A stretch of 60,155 bases of DNA from Nemertoderma westbladi. Lineage: Eukaryota; Animalia; Xenacoelomorpha. Below are positions 1 through 10,936 of the stretch, piece by piece; the stretch's first letter is position 1, and the number at the start of each line of letters is the position of its first letter. The notes under the pieces were generated by a model. The model was not told the DNA's origin. It worked only from the letters and a program-made list of their open reading frames with translations, and searched no databases. The stretch spans positions 1-60,155 of the forward strand of contig JAUCBJ010000080.1 in the NCBI GenBank assembly GCA_032718475.1, given 5' to 3'. The translations under genes were made by a program, and so were the position numbers.

Positions 1-778
1 TGTCGGTCTGGAATTCCGAATATTTGAACGCTACTAACTCGGTTAATCTAAATTAAATTAAATTAATTTGAATTAAATCAAAATAAATCAAATTAATTAA
101 TAATTATAAATTAAATTAATTAAGTCAAAAAAATTATTTTTTTGTGCCTTCGAGGTGGACGGAGGACGGCGTCCCTGGAGGAACCTGGGATTCGGGGATG
201 GCGGAGGTCTCCGTGTAGCCGACCTAATAGAATAGAATACAGAATAGAACAGAATACAGGAGAGGAAGACAGAATAGTGGAGACAGAATACTAAGACTAA
301 CCATTTTTAATCATGAGCTAAATTAGGTAACGTCCGCTGTTGGTTGTATAAAATTTGGTGCAATTTTGAAAGTTTTTAGTTTTGTTTTCTCTAGTTTTGT
401 TTATTTCAAATTTATTATTGTTTGAGTGATTAAATTATTATTTATATTGGAATTAAATATAACCACTAGTGTATATCTTTGTACACATGTTTAGAAAATT
501 TTCATCAAGCGTCAGCCGAGATTTGGCATTTAAAATCAATTCACCAATTCAAATCTACCATTTGTAGAACGCAAACCTGTCCGCAAAACTGTATATGTAA
601 ACCTGTATATGTAAACCTGTCCATAAACCAGTCCGTAAACCTGTTGTCAAAAATATTTTTTTTTAGATATTTAAAGGAACACTTCTGCACTTTGAAGTTA
701 CTCCAAACTAAAACGAGAGGGCCTCGGAAACTCATGGAACGTTGGGATGAGTCTAATCTAACAGTGTTTATCGTAGTG

Positions 779-1176
779 TGCCCATGCGAAGAATATCAGG
801 TTTTCACTTTTATTATTTTGGTTAGAATCAGACCTTCTGAAACCTGAAGTTTTAGTGAAAACCTGGTATTCTTCACATGGGGGTAAACGGCCCATGTGAA
901 GTATTCCAGACTTTCTGTTGATTATATTTCACTTTGCAGTTTACCCCAATGTGAAGAATATCAGGATCAGAAGGGCTGATTCTATCTAACCAAAACAATA
1001 AACGAATAAGTATCTATATGGGTTATAAGACAGAAATAAGCGTTATAAAACACTTAATAAGATATAATAGTAAGACTTAATAAGAATTTGAAAAAATACA
1101 AATTCTTCATAGGCCTATATAAAATTCCAATAGAATTTCGACCGAAAAGTGAAAACCTGGTATTCTTCACATGGGC
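779..1176. mobile_element. MITE family A (terminal motif GGCCCATGTGAAGAATACCAG): a short copy at 779-882 plus a fuller copy at 889-1176
   Basis: CCCATGTGAAG...CTTCACATGGG inverted termini; internal sequence is the reverse complement of copies at 2184-4005 and 55500-55830. Confidence 0.75.
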
Positions 1177-1904
1177 CCTTTGGGAAGGATGAAACGACAC
1201 CCCAATTGGAAATTTGCTTACCGGTACACCAAAGTATTTTATTTACTTTTACCGGTTCTTAGTGGAGTTACAATAGTATATTAGAATGCACACTACTCAA
1301 AGGTGTAGGCTATTACTGTAGGCCTACTGTAAATAACTATTTTCTAAATAAATACTGTAATTTAGTTGACACTACTCTACCCCTTCTGCCCTTAGTACCG
1401 GTACGTAGTTTGGTGAATTAAAGTGAAATACAGTTTTCTAAGAATGTTAGTCAGCAGGCATTGCCCTGCCATGTAACAAACAGACTTACACTTTACTACT
1501 GAGACCGGTATTTGAATAGTGTAGAATAATAACACGACCGTATTACCTACAGTACAACTGTACCTACTGATACTGAAACTAAATAATTACAGTAAGCCTA
1601 CAACCATGGCCTACTATATATAGTAGGCCATGCTACAACACTCATTACAGAACCTTACTGTTGTTGGTCAGTAGGCAGGGCGTGAGAATCTATAGAGGGG
1701 GTGTGGTGTGTAGGTAACGTGAGAAGCGTGTTCAAGGAATACAGATTTAATTGCTAAAAGGGTACCGAGGCCGAGGGTAATTTGAAATTCACTTTTCAGA
1801 TGCGGTTCTAGGCCTATTATTTGTACCATACCAAATGCATATGTGTTGCTATAGTACTGTAGGAGTTACAGTATGCAGTTATTTAAAAATAAAAAAGGTA
1901 AAGT

Positions 1905-2110
1905 AATATTATTGCGATAAAATTAATATTATTTAAATAATACTGTAATATTAATTTTATTGCAATAATATTAATTTTATCACAATAATATTAATTTTTT
2001 GCAATAATATTAATTTTATCGCAATAATATTAATTTTATCTCAGTAAAATTCAATTTTTTCGCAATAATATTAATTTTTTTAATATTAATTTTATCGCAA
2101 TAATATTATT
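1905..2110. repeat. AT-rich ~20-bp tandem repeat (GCAATAATATTAATTTTATC)
   Basis: About 9 degenerate units are visible. Confidence 0.8.
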
Positions 2111-2245
2111 TTTTAGATTTTTTACTTTTTACCTACTTTTTAGATCAAAAAAATATTATTGAATTAAAATAAAAAAACAATAAACGTGAAGAATACCAGG
2201 ATTTCACTTTTCGATCGACTTTTTATTGGAATTTTATATATGAAT

Positions 2246-3804
2246 ATATAATATATGACAAGACACTACCTATAGAAACAGGGGACTTCACACCTGCCGA
2301 ACTCCAAAGAAGCATTAAAAGCATGTCCAATAATAAAGCTAGTGGATTAGATGAAATCCCAGCGGAGGTATGGAAAACCGGAGTGCTAAACAGACCATTA
2401 TTGAATGTTTGCAACCGGATGTTAAAAGGGGAAAAGCCACCACCAATTTGGACTAAAGGTCAACTAAAGCCTCTCCCCAAGAAAGGAGACCTCGGCATAC
2501 CAACAAACTATCGTGGGATCTGTCTGCTTGTGGTAACTGCCAAAATATACAATAAAATGATTCTATATAGGATTAGGCCTCACATAGAGAAACTACTGCG
2601 TAAGAGCCAAAACGGATTTCGACCAAGTAGATCAACAATAGCTCAGATACTTGCACTACGGAGACTGATTGAAGGAATTAAGTCAAAGAATCTCCCCGCA
2701 GTCATGACTTTTGTGGACTTCAAGAAGGCATTCGACTCCATCCATAGAGGTAAAATGCTTGAAATCCTAAGAGCTTATGGAATACCAGAAGTAATTGTTG
2801 CCGGTATTGGATTGTTATATTGTGACACAGAAGCGCAGATACTCTCACCAGATGGTGAAACTGAGTTTTTCTCAATCCTGGCTGGCGTACTGCAAGGTGA
2901 CACATTAGCACCATTACTATTTGTAATTGTGCTGGATTACGCAATGAGGACGGCCACAAAGGGTGAAGATCTGAGATTCACACTTCAAGAACGCAGAAGT
3001 AGTAGATATCCGGCAACTACAGTCACAGACACCGACTTTGCGGATGACATCGCCCGGCTCTCTAATACGCTAGCAGATGCACAGCTTCTACTAAATAAAG
3101 TGGAGAGGGCTGCTAAGGAGGTTGGATTGCATATAAATGCTCCCAAGAATTCATTTCACTCCGAATTCATGACCTTTAATGTTGATGGAAACTTGACAAC
3201 CATTGATAATAATCAACTAAGGAAGGTCGATGACTTCCAGTACCTTGGATCATGGATAGAGAGTAGCAAAAAGGACATAGAAGTTAGGAAAGCAAAGGCT
3301 TGGGTAGCTCTATCAAAAATGGATACCATCTGGAAATCAGATCTCTCCAGGCACCTGAAGACTAAGTTCTTTCGAGCCACAGTGGAAAGTGTATTTTTAT
3401 ACGGGGGTGAGACCTGGACACTGACTAAATCACTTGAACAACGAATTGATGGTTGCTACACAAGACTATTAAGGGCAGCCCTAAACATGAGCTGGAGACA
3501 ACACATGACAAACGCCGAGCTTTATGGTACAATACCACCTGTATCAACCACCATCCGTGAACGCAGATTAAAATTCAGTGGGCACTGCTGGCGAAGTAAA
3601 GATGAGGTCATACCAGATCTACTTCTCTGGCAACCAACTCATGGAAAGCGTAGTCGTGGACGACCGGCCATAACATATATAGATCAACTTGAAAGGGATA
3701 CTGAACTTGGGAGAAACGAAATTGCGACAACTATGAAGAATCGGGAAGCCTGGAAGGATCTCATTTCCACTGTCCGAGTTCGCTCGACCTAGTAGTAGTA
3801 GTAG
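2246..3804 (+). mobile_element. 5'-truncated RTE-clade non-LTR retrotransposon (family 1)
   Basis: RT ORF, (TAG)n tail and a 13-bp TSD TTTATATATGAAT (2233-2245 / 3805-3817). Confidence 0.92.
2323..3792 (+). CDS. RTE reverse transcriptase ORF, N-terminally truncated, no endonuclease
   Basis: Motifs NYRGICLL, QNGFR, FVDFKKAFDS, GVLQGDTLAP, DFADD, FQYLGS; RTE-type C-terminus GKRSRGRP. Confidence 0.9.
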   Translation: MSNNKASGLDEIPAEVWKTGVLNRPLLNVCNRMLKGEKPPPIWTKGQLKPLPKKGDLGIPTNYRGICLLVVTAKIYNKMILYRIRPHIEKLLRKSQNGFRPSRSTIAQILALRRLIEGIKSKNLPAVMTFVDFKKAFDSIHRGKMLEILRAYGIPEVIVAGIGLLYCDTEAQILSPDGETEFFSILAGVLQGDTLAPLLFVIVLDYAMRTATKGEDLRFTLQERRSSRYPATTVTDTDFADDIARLSNTLADAQLLLNKVERAAKEVGLHINAPKNSFHSEFMTFNVDGNLTTIDNNQLRKVDDFQYLGSWIESSKKDIEVRKAKAWVALSKMDTIWKSDLSRHLKTKFFRATVESVFLYGGETWTLTKSLEQRIDGCYTRLLRAALNMSWRQHMTNAELYGTIPPVSTTIRERRLKFSGHCWRSKDEVIPDLLLWQPTHGKRSRGRPAITYIDQLERDTELGRNEIATTMKNREAWKDLISTVRVRST

Positions 3805-4004
3805 TTTATATATGAATTTTTTACATTTATCATTATTAAGTGTTTTATAGCCTGTGTCTTATAACCTGTACATATTAGTTCATTGTTTTCGTTAAATTGA
3901 CCCCTTCTGTAACCTGTGTTTTTGGTGAAAACCTGTTATTCTTCACATGGGGTTAACTGCAAAGTGAAATATAACGGAGGAAAGTCTGCTGTTCTTCACA
4001 TGGG

Positions 4005-5100
4005 CTATCATAAAAGTATACCATAAAGAATGTCATGCTTGGCTGTCCACCATGCTTATTTTATCCAAGGGGCTGCCAAAGCACAAGGTTCTGCACAGGC
4101 TGGACCTGGTCCTCACGGCGAAAGCAATGTCCTACGAAGCGGTGGCGGCTTTAGTCAAGTGACAAGCTTGGGGTAACCAATGGAAACCTTCAATATTATA
4201 TAGTGCCTGGTTGTATTATTATATACAATATTATGTATATTATATAGTGTCCCACGTAGCATTCTTGTCATTATGAATAAGAATGGTGCAAGTGTGTCGC
4301 CCTGGAGGACTCCCCATAAAATTTCGAATAGATCTGTGTCACCATCAATGATAAACACAAACGTTGTCGAACCATCATATACAGTAGTAATCTGATTGCT
4401 GAAATAATTTCATCAGGTATGTCATATAATGAAAATATGCTGAACATACGTGAGCGCGAGACTGAATCAAAGGCCTTGAAGAAGTTTAACAAAGATAACA
4501 GCCAGATGCCTTGTCTTTCTTTTTTGATAACTCTTCAATTATCCTTGTAAGTGCCAAAATGGGCTCCATGGTCCCACAACCTTTACGGAAACCAATCTGA
4601 TTATCACGGAGCAGTCTTTAGTGGGATCCCTGATGCGATATAATAGAATTATATTGTATAGCTTTGTAGTATTCGTGATCACCGAGATTCCACGAAAATA
4701 TCCATATAGTATTAGGTTGCCTATTTGTTTTCATTTCTTGTGGGACTCTCGTCGTTTTGTACATGTCAACTATGATGGGGTAAAATGAGCGCCAAACATT
4801 CTGGTATTTCAAAGATCTCGGAGGGGAGGGGGGGGGGGGCACAATCTACTCCATTATTGGCACGATTGGTCGTAATGCTCTTTGCAGCAGCCTTCACTTC
4901 TGCAAAGGAGATATCGCCAATGGGAATATCTGGGAGTACAGACTCAGACACTTTTACTTCTATATAGATATCGGGCAATACCCTGTCATTATTGAGGAGC
5001 TTTTCAAAGTGGGCCTTCCAACCATTGAGGCGATCGGCTGGTATGATTCTGCCTTAACCTTGGTGGTTGGTTGCTGGTTGGCTTTTCCTCCCACTCACCG
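4005..5100 (-). pseudogene. Degraded RTE family 2 fragment
   Basis: Broken ORFs FFKAFDSVSRSRMF and GVLQGDTLAPFLF, homologous to 58578-59363. Confidence 0.85.
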
Positions 5101-5417
5101 ATCGTTGTATTATTTAGCACAAAAGGATCAATTCAAAATCCCCACGAGTTAGCACGAGATGTATTATCATAAGTAATAATGATTATCGATTTTAAGGGGT
5201 GTATTTTTCTAAAAATATTAAAGAAGAATTAGTAAAATTTGAATTAATGATATTAAAGCAATTATTTCTGCCAATTCTAGAATGAATGTAAATAGTAAGT
5301 TAATTATAAATGAATTGTTGTGGGGTGGGTGACGGCGAATTAAATATAATATGTTATAGTACACTATGATAATGCTCTCCATAGCGAAAAATATCAACCG
5401 CCCCTATTGTGGCTAGA

Positions 5418-5466
5418 ACCCGGTACCTACAGTAGGTTTCAAACTTCCGGTTATCATCAGCCGAGT
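5418..5466 (-). ncRNA. Type I hammerhead ribozyme with extended helix III
   Basis: ACUCGG-CUGAUGA-UAACCGGAAGUUU-GAAAC-CUACUGUAG-GUA-CCGGGU: intact core, and helix I pairs. Confidence 0.7.
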
Positions 5467-5915
5467 GTGTGTCCTAAGACCACTGAGCTACCAGGGCGGT
5501 AGAAAATTTATTAGCTATGGAGTGGGCTATCATATTTAGGCCTTTTTCAGTCACTCTTAGGAAAGTACAACGTTATTCCCGTGCTCTGCCAGAAATGGCA
5601 ACCATGCCTCAAAGAATAACTATATTCAGTGTTGTAGAAACCACTGATACCGCGTATGCCGGCCATGCTTGTTAATTAATTATAAATGAATTATGAATTG
5701 TTGTGGGGTGGGTGACGGCGAATTAATACGGGGTATCAGTGTTTCTACAACATTGAATATAGTTATTCTTTGAGGCATGGTTGCCATTTCTGGCAGAGCA
5801 CGGGAATAACGTTGTACTTTCCTATGAGTGACTGAAAAAGGCCTAAATATGATAGCCCACTCCATAGCAAATAAATCTTCTACCGCCCTGGTAGCTCAGT
5901 GGTCTTACGACACAC

Positions 5916-5959
5916 ACTCGGCGGGTGATAACCGGAAGTTTGAAACCTAGGTACCGGGT
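5916..5959 (+). ncRNA. Hammerhead ribozyme copy with mutated core (CGGGUGA), probably inactive
   Basis: Same scaffold as 5418-5466 and 46920-46963, but CUGAUGA is changed to CGGGUGA. Confidence 0.55.
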
Positions 5960-8161
5960 TCGAGCCCCAATAGGGGCGGTTGATATTTTTCGCTATGGAG
6001 AGCATTATCATAATGTACTATAACATATTATATTTAAATAGTAAGTTAATCAGTACAGTTAATCACACCAAATACCAGAAATTCAACAGAGGGAAGCCCT
6101 TTTGAACCAAAAATTCCCCTTATAGCAACCCCATAGTAACGCGTGAGCACGTATATGTTAATACTCGTGCTGATGTGCCCACGTGTTAGAAAAAAGATTT
6201 CTTATTTCATGCCGTCCCTATATTGGTTCTAATATTGCGACTCTTATATTATTGTTGCTCTACCATCGTCACAATAACTTCTCAGAAGATTACCACACTT
6301 CTTTCTATCAAACCATAGACCGCGTTATAGGGTTGGGAAAGCGACAACGCACGGGTAGCACAAACTCAAACAGTCCATAAGGAACCCGCTCAGTGGAATA
6401 ACAATCCGTTGACATTCAGAAATTCTGCCCGCGTGTATTGGGTGTTAAACTTGATGGTATAAATTAAGTAAAATAAAATAAAATAAAAACTTGCCAATTC
6501 GTGCAAATTTCAATACACTTCGACAGAATAGTTTAATTTCTGGTTTAATAGTTTAATCAAACTTGGTAGGCCTACACTTGTTGTTTAGCAAAAGTTTATA
6601 AATTTTCCAAATAGAATTTGAGTGTGGTCTTCAGGAAGAGCGCAACGAGGCTAATGAAGGAGAAGAGTATTGTATTAAGAATACTCGTAAACAACGTGGA
6701 TTAGAATATTAAATGATATGTCATTTTGATCAGTACAGGTGTTGGAATGTTTTATGCTAGTTATATGGTGACCAGCTGTACAGGACGAGTGCAACGATAG
6801 TTGTAATGAAGGCGAGTCTGTGTTGACTGTACTCGTAATATCGAGTATTGTCATCGTGTGTGTGACATGGTTTAGCATATTTGACGCAGATAGGGGGGGG
6901 GTGGGGGGGGGGGGGGGGGGGAGTCACTCTCAAAAATAAAACTGTAACCTGTTCTATTGTGTTTAGTTTATTGTTTTGGTTAAAATAACGTGCCACTGTA
7001 ACCTGCTCCTTTCCCTAATTTGAGAATTTAACATTGAGGCGGGATATTAATTCGCCAAGATGGGATTTGCGTCCAGTCCCCCCCCCCCCCCCCCCCCCCC
7101 TCTCATTGGACGATATGTCATTTTATCCAATACTGATAATGGGATGTTGTGGGGTATGCGGTGATCGGGTTGTACAGGACGAACGCAACGAGTTTTGCAG
7201 TGGATACGAATACCATATGCCATGAATCAGCCTGATTCGACTTGCATAGTTATAAAGGTCGTCAGTCTGCGTTTAAGAAAAAAATTTGCGACAAAACAGG
7301 ACGAGCGCAACGAGGCTAATGAAGAAGACGAGTATTGTAAAACTAAAAATGTCATCTTAACTTAAATAACCCTAGTTATATAGTAAGTTTACAAAGCCTG
7401 TAATGGCACACTGAAATAGACCTGGTTTTTACAACCAGTTAAAGCAAGCTGAAAGCAACACTCATTGACATTTTGGGAGACGGTTTTCGTATATCTAATA
7501 AAGATTAGAACACTTTATTATATATGCTATCGTGCTGTGCGAAGGCCCCACAATGTGTTTCTTATTGAAGAACATTACTTTCTCTACTTATATTAACTTA
7601 TACTCTTATACTGTACAGTCATAGAAGAATTGAGATTGAAATTTTTGTAAATCTGATCAGAATTTAAATTATTACATGAACATTTATGTGATATGAACAT
7701 TTATGTGATTTACGTTAGTTGGGTTTTCCAACTTTCAATAGCTATTTTTTATAGCAGATATATAGTGTTTATTTATTTGAATCGGGTTTCTGTGTGTTTT
7801 AATATATTTTTGAGATTTTTTCATTTTAACATAATTTTCAATTTTTCTGGAGCAGCAAAAAATGTTTATTTATTGATGCCTCTGCCTCATTTACCATTAA
7901 TCTTGTCACTTAAAATCCTAGGAGTTTCAATGACCAGATAGATTCTTTGAATTGAGTCATCTATTAGCAAATTAAAGTTATCGTTTAAGTAATATACCGA
8001 GCACTATAATACTTCTTATTATACGAGATATAATAGGGCCTACAATAAAAATAAATAACATTAGCACATATCATATATATTTCCTAACAATGTTAATATT
8101 TAATGAATATTATATAAATCAGGGTTGATGAGCTTAGGATTATACAAAATCAAAAATAATA

Positions 8162-9859
8162 TTAGTTATAGTTATTATTAAAATATTTAGTTATAGAAGA
8201 CTGTTGTTGGGAAACGGGCTCATAGTCATGGCAACCAAACTTATTATTATCAGCCAACCAACTATCGACTTGGGATTGTATAGCCACTATAGAAGCGCCG
8301 CTTCTCACCGTTGGGATTACGATCCTTGGTCTAACTTCCTGTACGCATTGTCGCAGTTCATTAAACGAACTGTGTTCGCTGTAGGGCACAGAATACAACG
8401 TAGCCACACCGGAAACATTCGGCTTACTACCTTCAAGAGCGACCACACCTGAATGAGACCATCCGGTGGGTTTAAAACCCAAAACACGAACGTTCTGGGT
8501 TCCAGAGGTTTCCAAGTAGTCGCGAAGTCTGTCAGTACGCAGCTTATCCATGGTTACCACATGGATTCTAGAACACAACTTATCAGTTGTTAGACATTTG
8601 TCCAGGTCAACATCGCCGATGCATTTCAGGATTTTCATTTTATCCGGCGAAACGAAAACCTTAGATTTTAAAACTTTAGCCAAAGCCAAAAATATCCGTT
8701 CTTTCCCAATCAAATAACTACCGCAAACAATTAGAGTCAACGGGCATCTTTTCAGAGCGAGTACCGCTTTATCACAAACGAACTTAATGACATTCCATTG
8801 TGGTGGGAATGTGTACTTGGGATTCATGTAAGTTGTATCTAAATATAAGCGGTCGATGTTGATACAACGAAGTGAGTCCATCATACGCGACTGGAAGCGA
8901 AAGTCTCCCGTATGCAAAACAGATTTACCGTCGGGGGTCTGAAATAAAATCATAACGGATCCCGGGCAGTGATTAGCGTCTATGGGAGTAACACTGACGC
9001 CATGAACCATGGTTGTTACACCCACGTGTATTTCCGTTACTAGCTGGGGTTTTATACCCAGTTTAAGGGACGCCAGTCGCCCGGTTGCCGGTGTGCAGTA
9101 GATCGGTCGGGAGAACTTCGAGGTTAAACCGGCGTAGTGGTCCGAATGGAAGTGGGTTAGGAAGTAAGCGGTTACCCCGGGGATGGGACCGTACGTAAAG
9201 GCATCAACAACGAACGGAGTTCCGTAAACTCGTTTATAGAACGGACATTCCTTACGTTTTCCTGATAGTCCGTGGATTCCATCTGAGGCACTGGGAACGT
9301 CACCTTTACCAGTAAATCTAGTCGGTTTAAGATGATCTTTAACATTTATTGTCCTGGGCGCAGGACAGTTTAATGTCGGGTTTTCCATGACTTTTATTGT
9401 GGGGAAGGTCTTTCCATGGGAGTTTAATGTATTTTTGCACTGGGTTTTATTATTCGTCGACGAACTAATTATACTTGTTTTTCTCATGAGAACATCGAAT
9501 GCGTTGACTATCTTAGGACCTTCGTTGCTTGAAGGACTAGGCACATCTTCTACACAAGATAATGGCTTATTATTAGCAGCTGGGAGCGGCGAAACCTTTA
9601 TATAAGAAGCAACACAGTTACTAAAGGACTGGAGAGCGACTACGTTATGTTTACTAACACTATTGCATTCTGGTTCAATAATTTCTATGGACGATTCATC
9701 AGTTTCTATCAGAGAGTTTAATTGAGAATCCCCTTGTAGTTGTTGATTGTGAATCCGAAGCTTTTTAAGACGCTTTTTAGGCTCGTATTCATTCGCCTGG
9801 CATTTGTATTTACGCTTTCTCGCCGGTCCAACATAATTATATGGATCAGGGTCATTCAT
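8162..9859 (-). CDS. DCLRE1A: DNA cross-link repair 1A (SNM1A/PSO2) MBL/beta-CASP nuclease, uninterrupted CDS
   Basis: Motifs CPFYK, THFHSDHYAG, DANHCPGS, HTGDFR, LYLDTTY, GKER, PTGW, VPYSEHSSF. An in-frame splice acceptor lies at 9896-9897, 36 nt upstream of the ATG. Confidence 0.92.
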   Translation of the reverse strand: MNDPDPYNYVGPARKRKYKCQANEYEPKKRLKKLRIHNQQLQGDSQLNSLIETDESSIEIIEPECNSVSKHNVVALQSFSNCVASYIKVSPLPAANNKPLSCVEDVPSPSSNEGPKIVNAFDVLMRKTSIISSSTNNKTQCKNTLNSHGKTFPTIKVMENPTLNCPAPRTINVKDHLKPTRFTGKGDVPSASDGIHGLSGKRKECPFYKRVYGTPFVVDAFTYGPIPGVTAYFLTHFHSDHYAGLTSKFSRPIYCTPATGRLASLKLGIKPQLVTEIHVGVTTMVHGVSVTPIDANHCPGSVMILFQTPDGKSVLHTGDFRFQSRMMDSLRCINIDRLYLDTTYMNPKYTFPPQWNVIKFVCDKAVLALKRCPLTLIVCGSYLIGKERIFLALAKVLKSKVFVSPDKMKILKCIGDVDLDKCLTTDKLCSRIHVVTMDKLRTDRLRDYLETSGTQNVRVLGFKPTGWSHSGVVALEGSKPNVSGVATLYSVPYSEHSSFNELRQCVQEVRPRIVIPTVRSGASIVAIQSQVDSWLADNNKFGCHDYEPVSQQQSSITKYFNNNYN

Positions 9860-10409
9860 CGAACTTGTATTGCGTACAGGAGTGAATGGTGATAACTGGA
9901 TACAGAGACAATAACAATTATTCTACGTTGGCACTACCACTACTCCCCTGCTGCCTGGATTCCATAATGCTACTGTTCAGCTGTTTAGTGCTATTACTTT
10001 AATATTATTAAGGATGATTGACAAAGTGTGAGAGCCCCAAACCCCAATTAACTGATTATATTAGGCAGCGTAATCTACCATTACAATTCACGTCTCTTCT
10101 GGCCTATGGCACCTGGGCACTGTAGGCCTACCGGTAATAATGACTGAAAATGTTCTTAGATTATGATTAACGTGACAGGAGGACAGTCTGACAGTTGAGC
10201 AATGTAAACTGTCTAAATAGACTGTGAGAAAAGATGCATAGGCCTAAATTAAAGTTTAAAGTAATCAAAATAATTAAAGTCCCTTTGAATTTGAAGTCAC
10301 CTTTCTGTACAAATCAACAAAACATACCGGACCGGTGCGGTGGTAGCAAGATGTAGCATGTAATAACAAATAGGAAGTGAGAAAGATATTTGAAATAATA
10401 TAAGATTAG

Positions 10410-10426
10410 TTTAAATTTCCCGCCAA
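10410..10426 (-). promoter_or_regulatory. E2F/CDE-CHR (DREAM-type) element upstream of DCLRE1A
   Basis: Minus strand reads TTGGCGGGAAATTTAAA: GGCGG, a 4-nt spacer, then the CHR variant TTTAAA; fits a cell-cycle-regulated repair gene. Confidence 0.5.
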
Positions 10427-10936
10427 CAACTGTCACCTTCATTAAAATTAAATACCGTGTAGAATAAATATATTATTATCTTATTATCTTATTATAGGGA
10501 ATCAGAACGATTTGGTTTACTCACTGATGGTCAATGGAAGCGGGTCATCTAAAATAAGCGAGTACAATACCATTAAACTGTAAAATAAGTATTGGTTTGG
10601 CGGTGATTTGAGAAACTGTAAGTTTAGAAACGGCAAAAATTCTAAGTCAACAAAGAGAGAATTTGAGAAAGGAATGAATATTAGAGAAGGGCAAAAACAT
10701 TAAGAGAAGGGCAAAAACATCAGAGAAGGGCAAAAACGTTAAAATATTTGCATAAATAGAAAGATAAATAAATCGAAAGTCAATTATACATGAGTGTTAC
10801 TTGGTCGAGATAGGAAAACAACTTCACCATCACCCTTAATATAAGAACGTTTTTAGCAAGTCCCCCTTACCTCTCCCTAATTTTTTCAAATTTCAATCAA
10901 AATGTTACAAAATTTGGTAACACCTTTTCTTACCTC

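Larger units (their letters stand above)
2184..4005. mobile_element. MITE family A copy interrupted by an RTE insertion
   Basis: The two flanks (2184-2245 and 3805-4005) join to match the uninterrupted copy at 55500-55830. Confidence 0.8.
5305..6034. mobile_element. Retrozyme-like tRNA-box/hammerhead element; two arms in inverted orientation
   Basis: Inverted arms at ~5341-5657 and ~5727-6036; repeated tail AATTGTTGTGGGGTGGGTGACGGCG; 16-bp TSD TAAATAGTAAGTTAAT (5289-5304 / 6035-6050). Confidence 0.8.

Noticed and set aside
5885-5977. Intron-containing tRNA gene
   Set aside because: Mismatched acceptor and T stems, no anticodon arm, and it is part of a TSD-flanked repeat.
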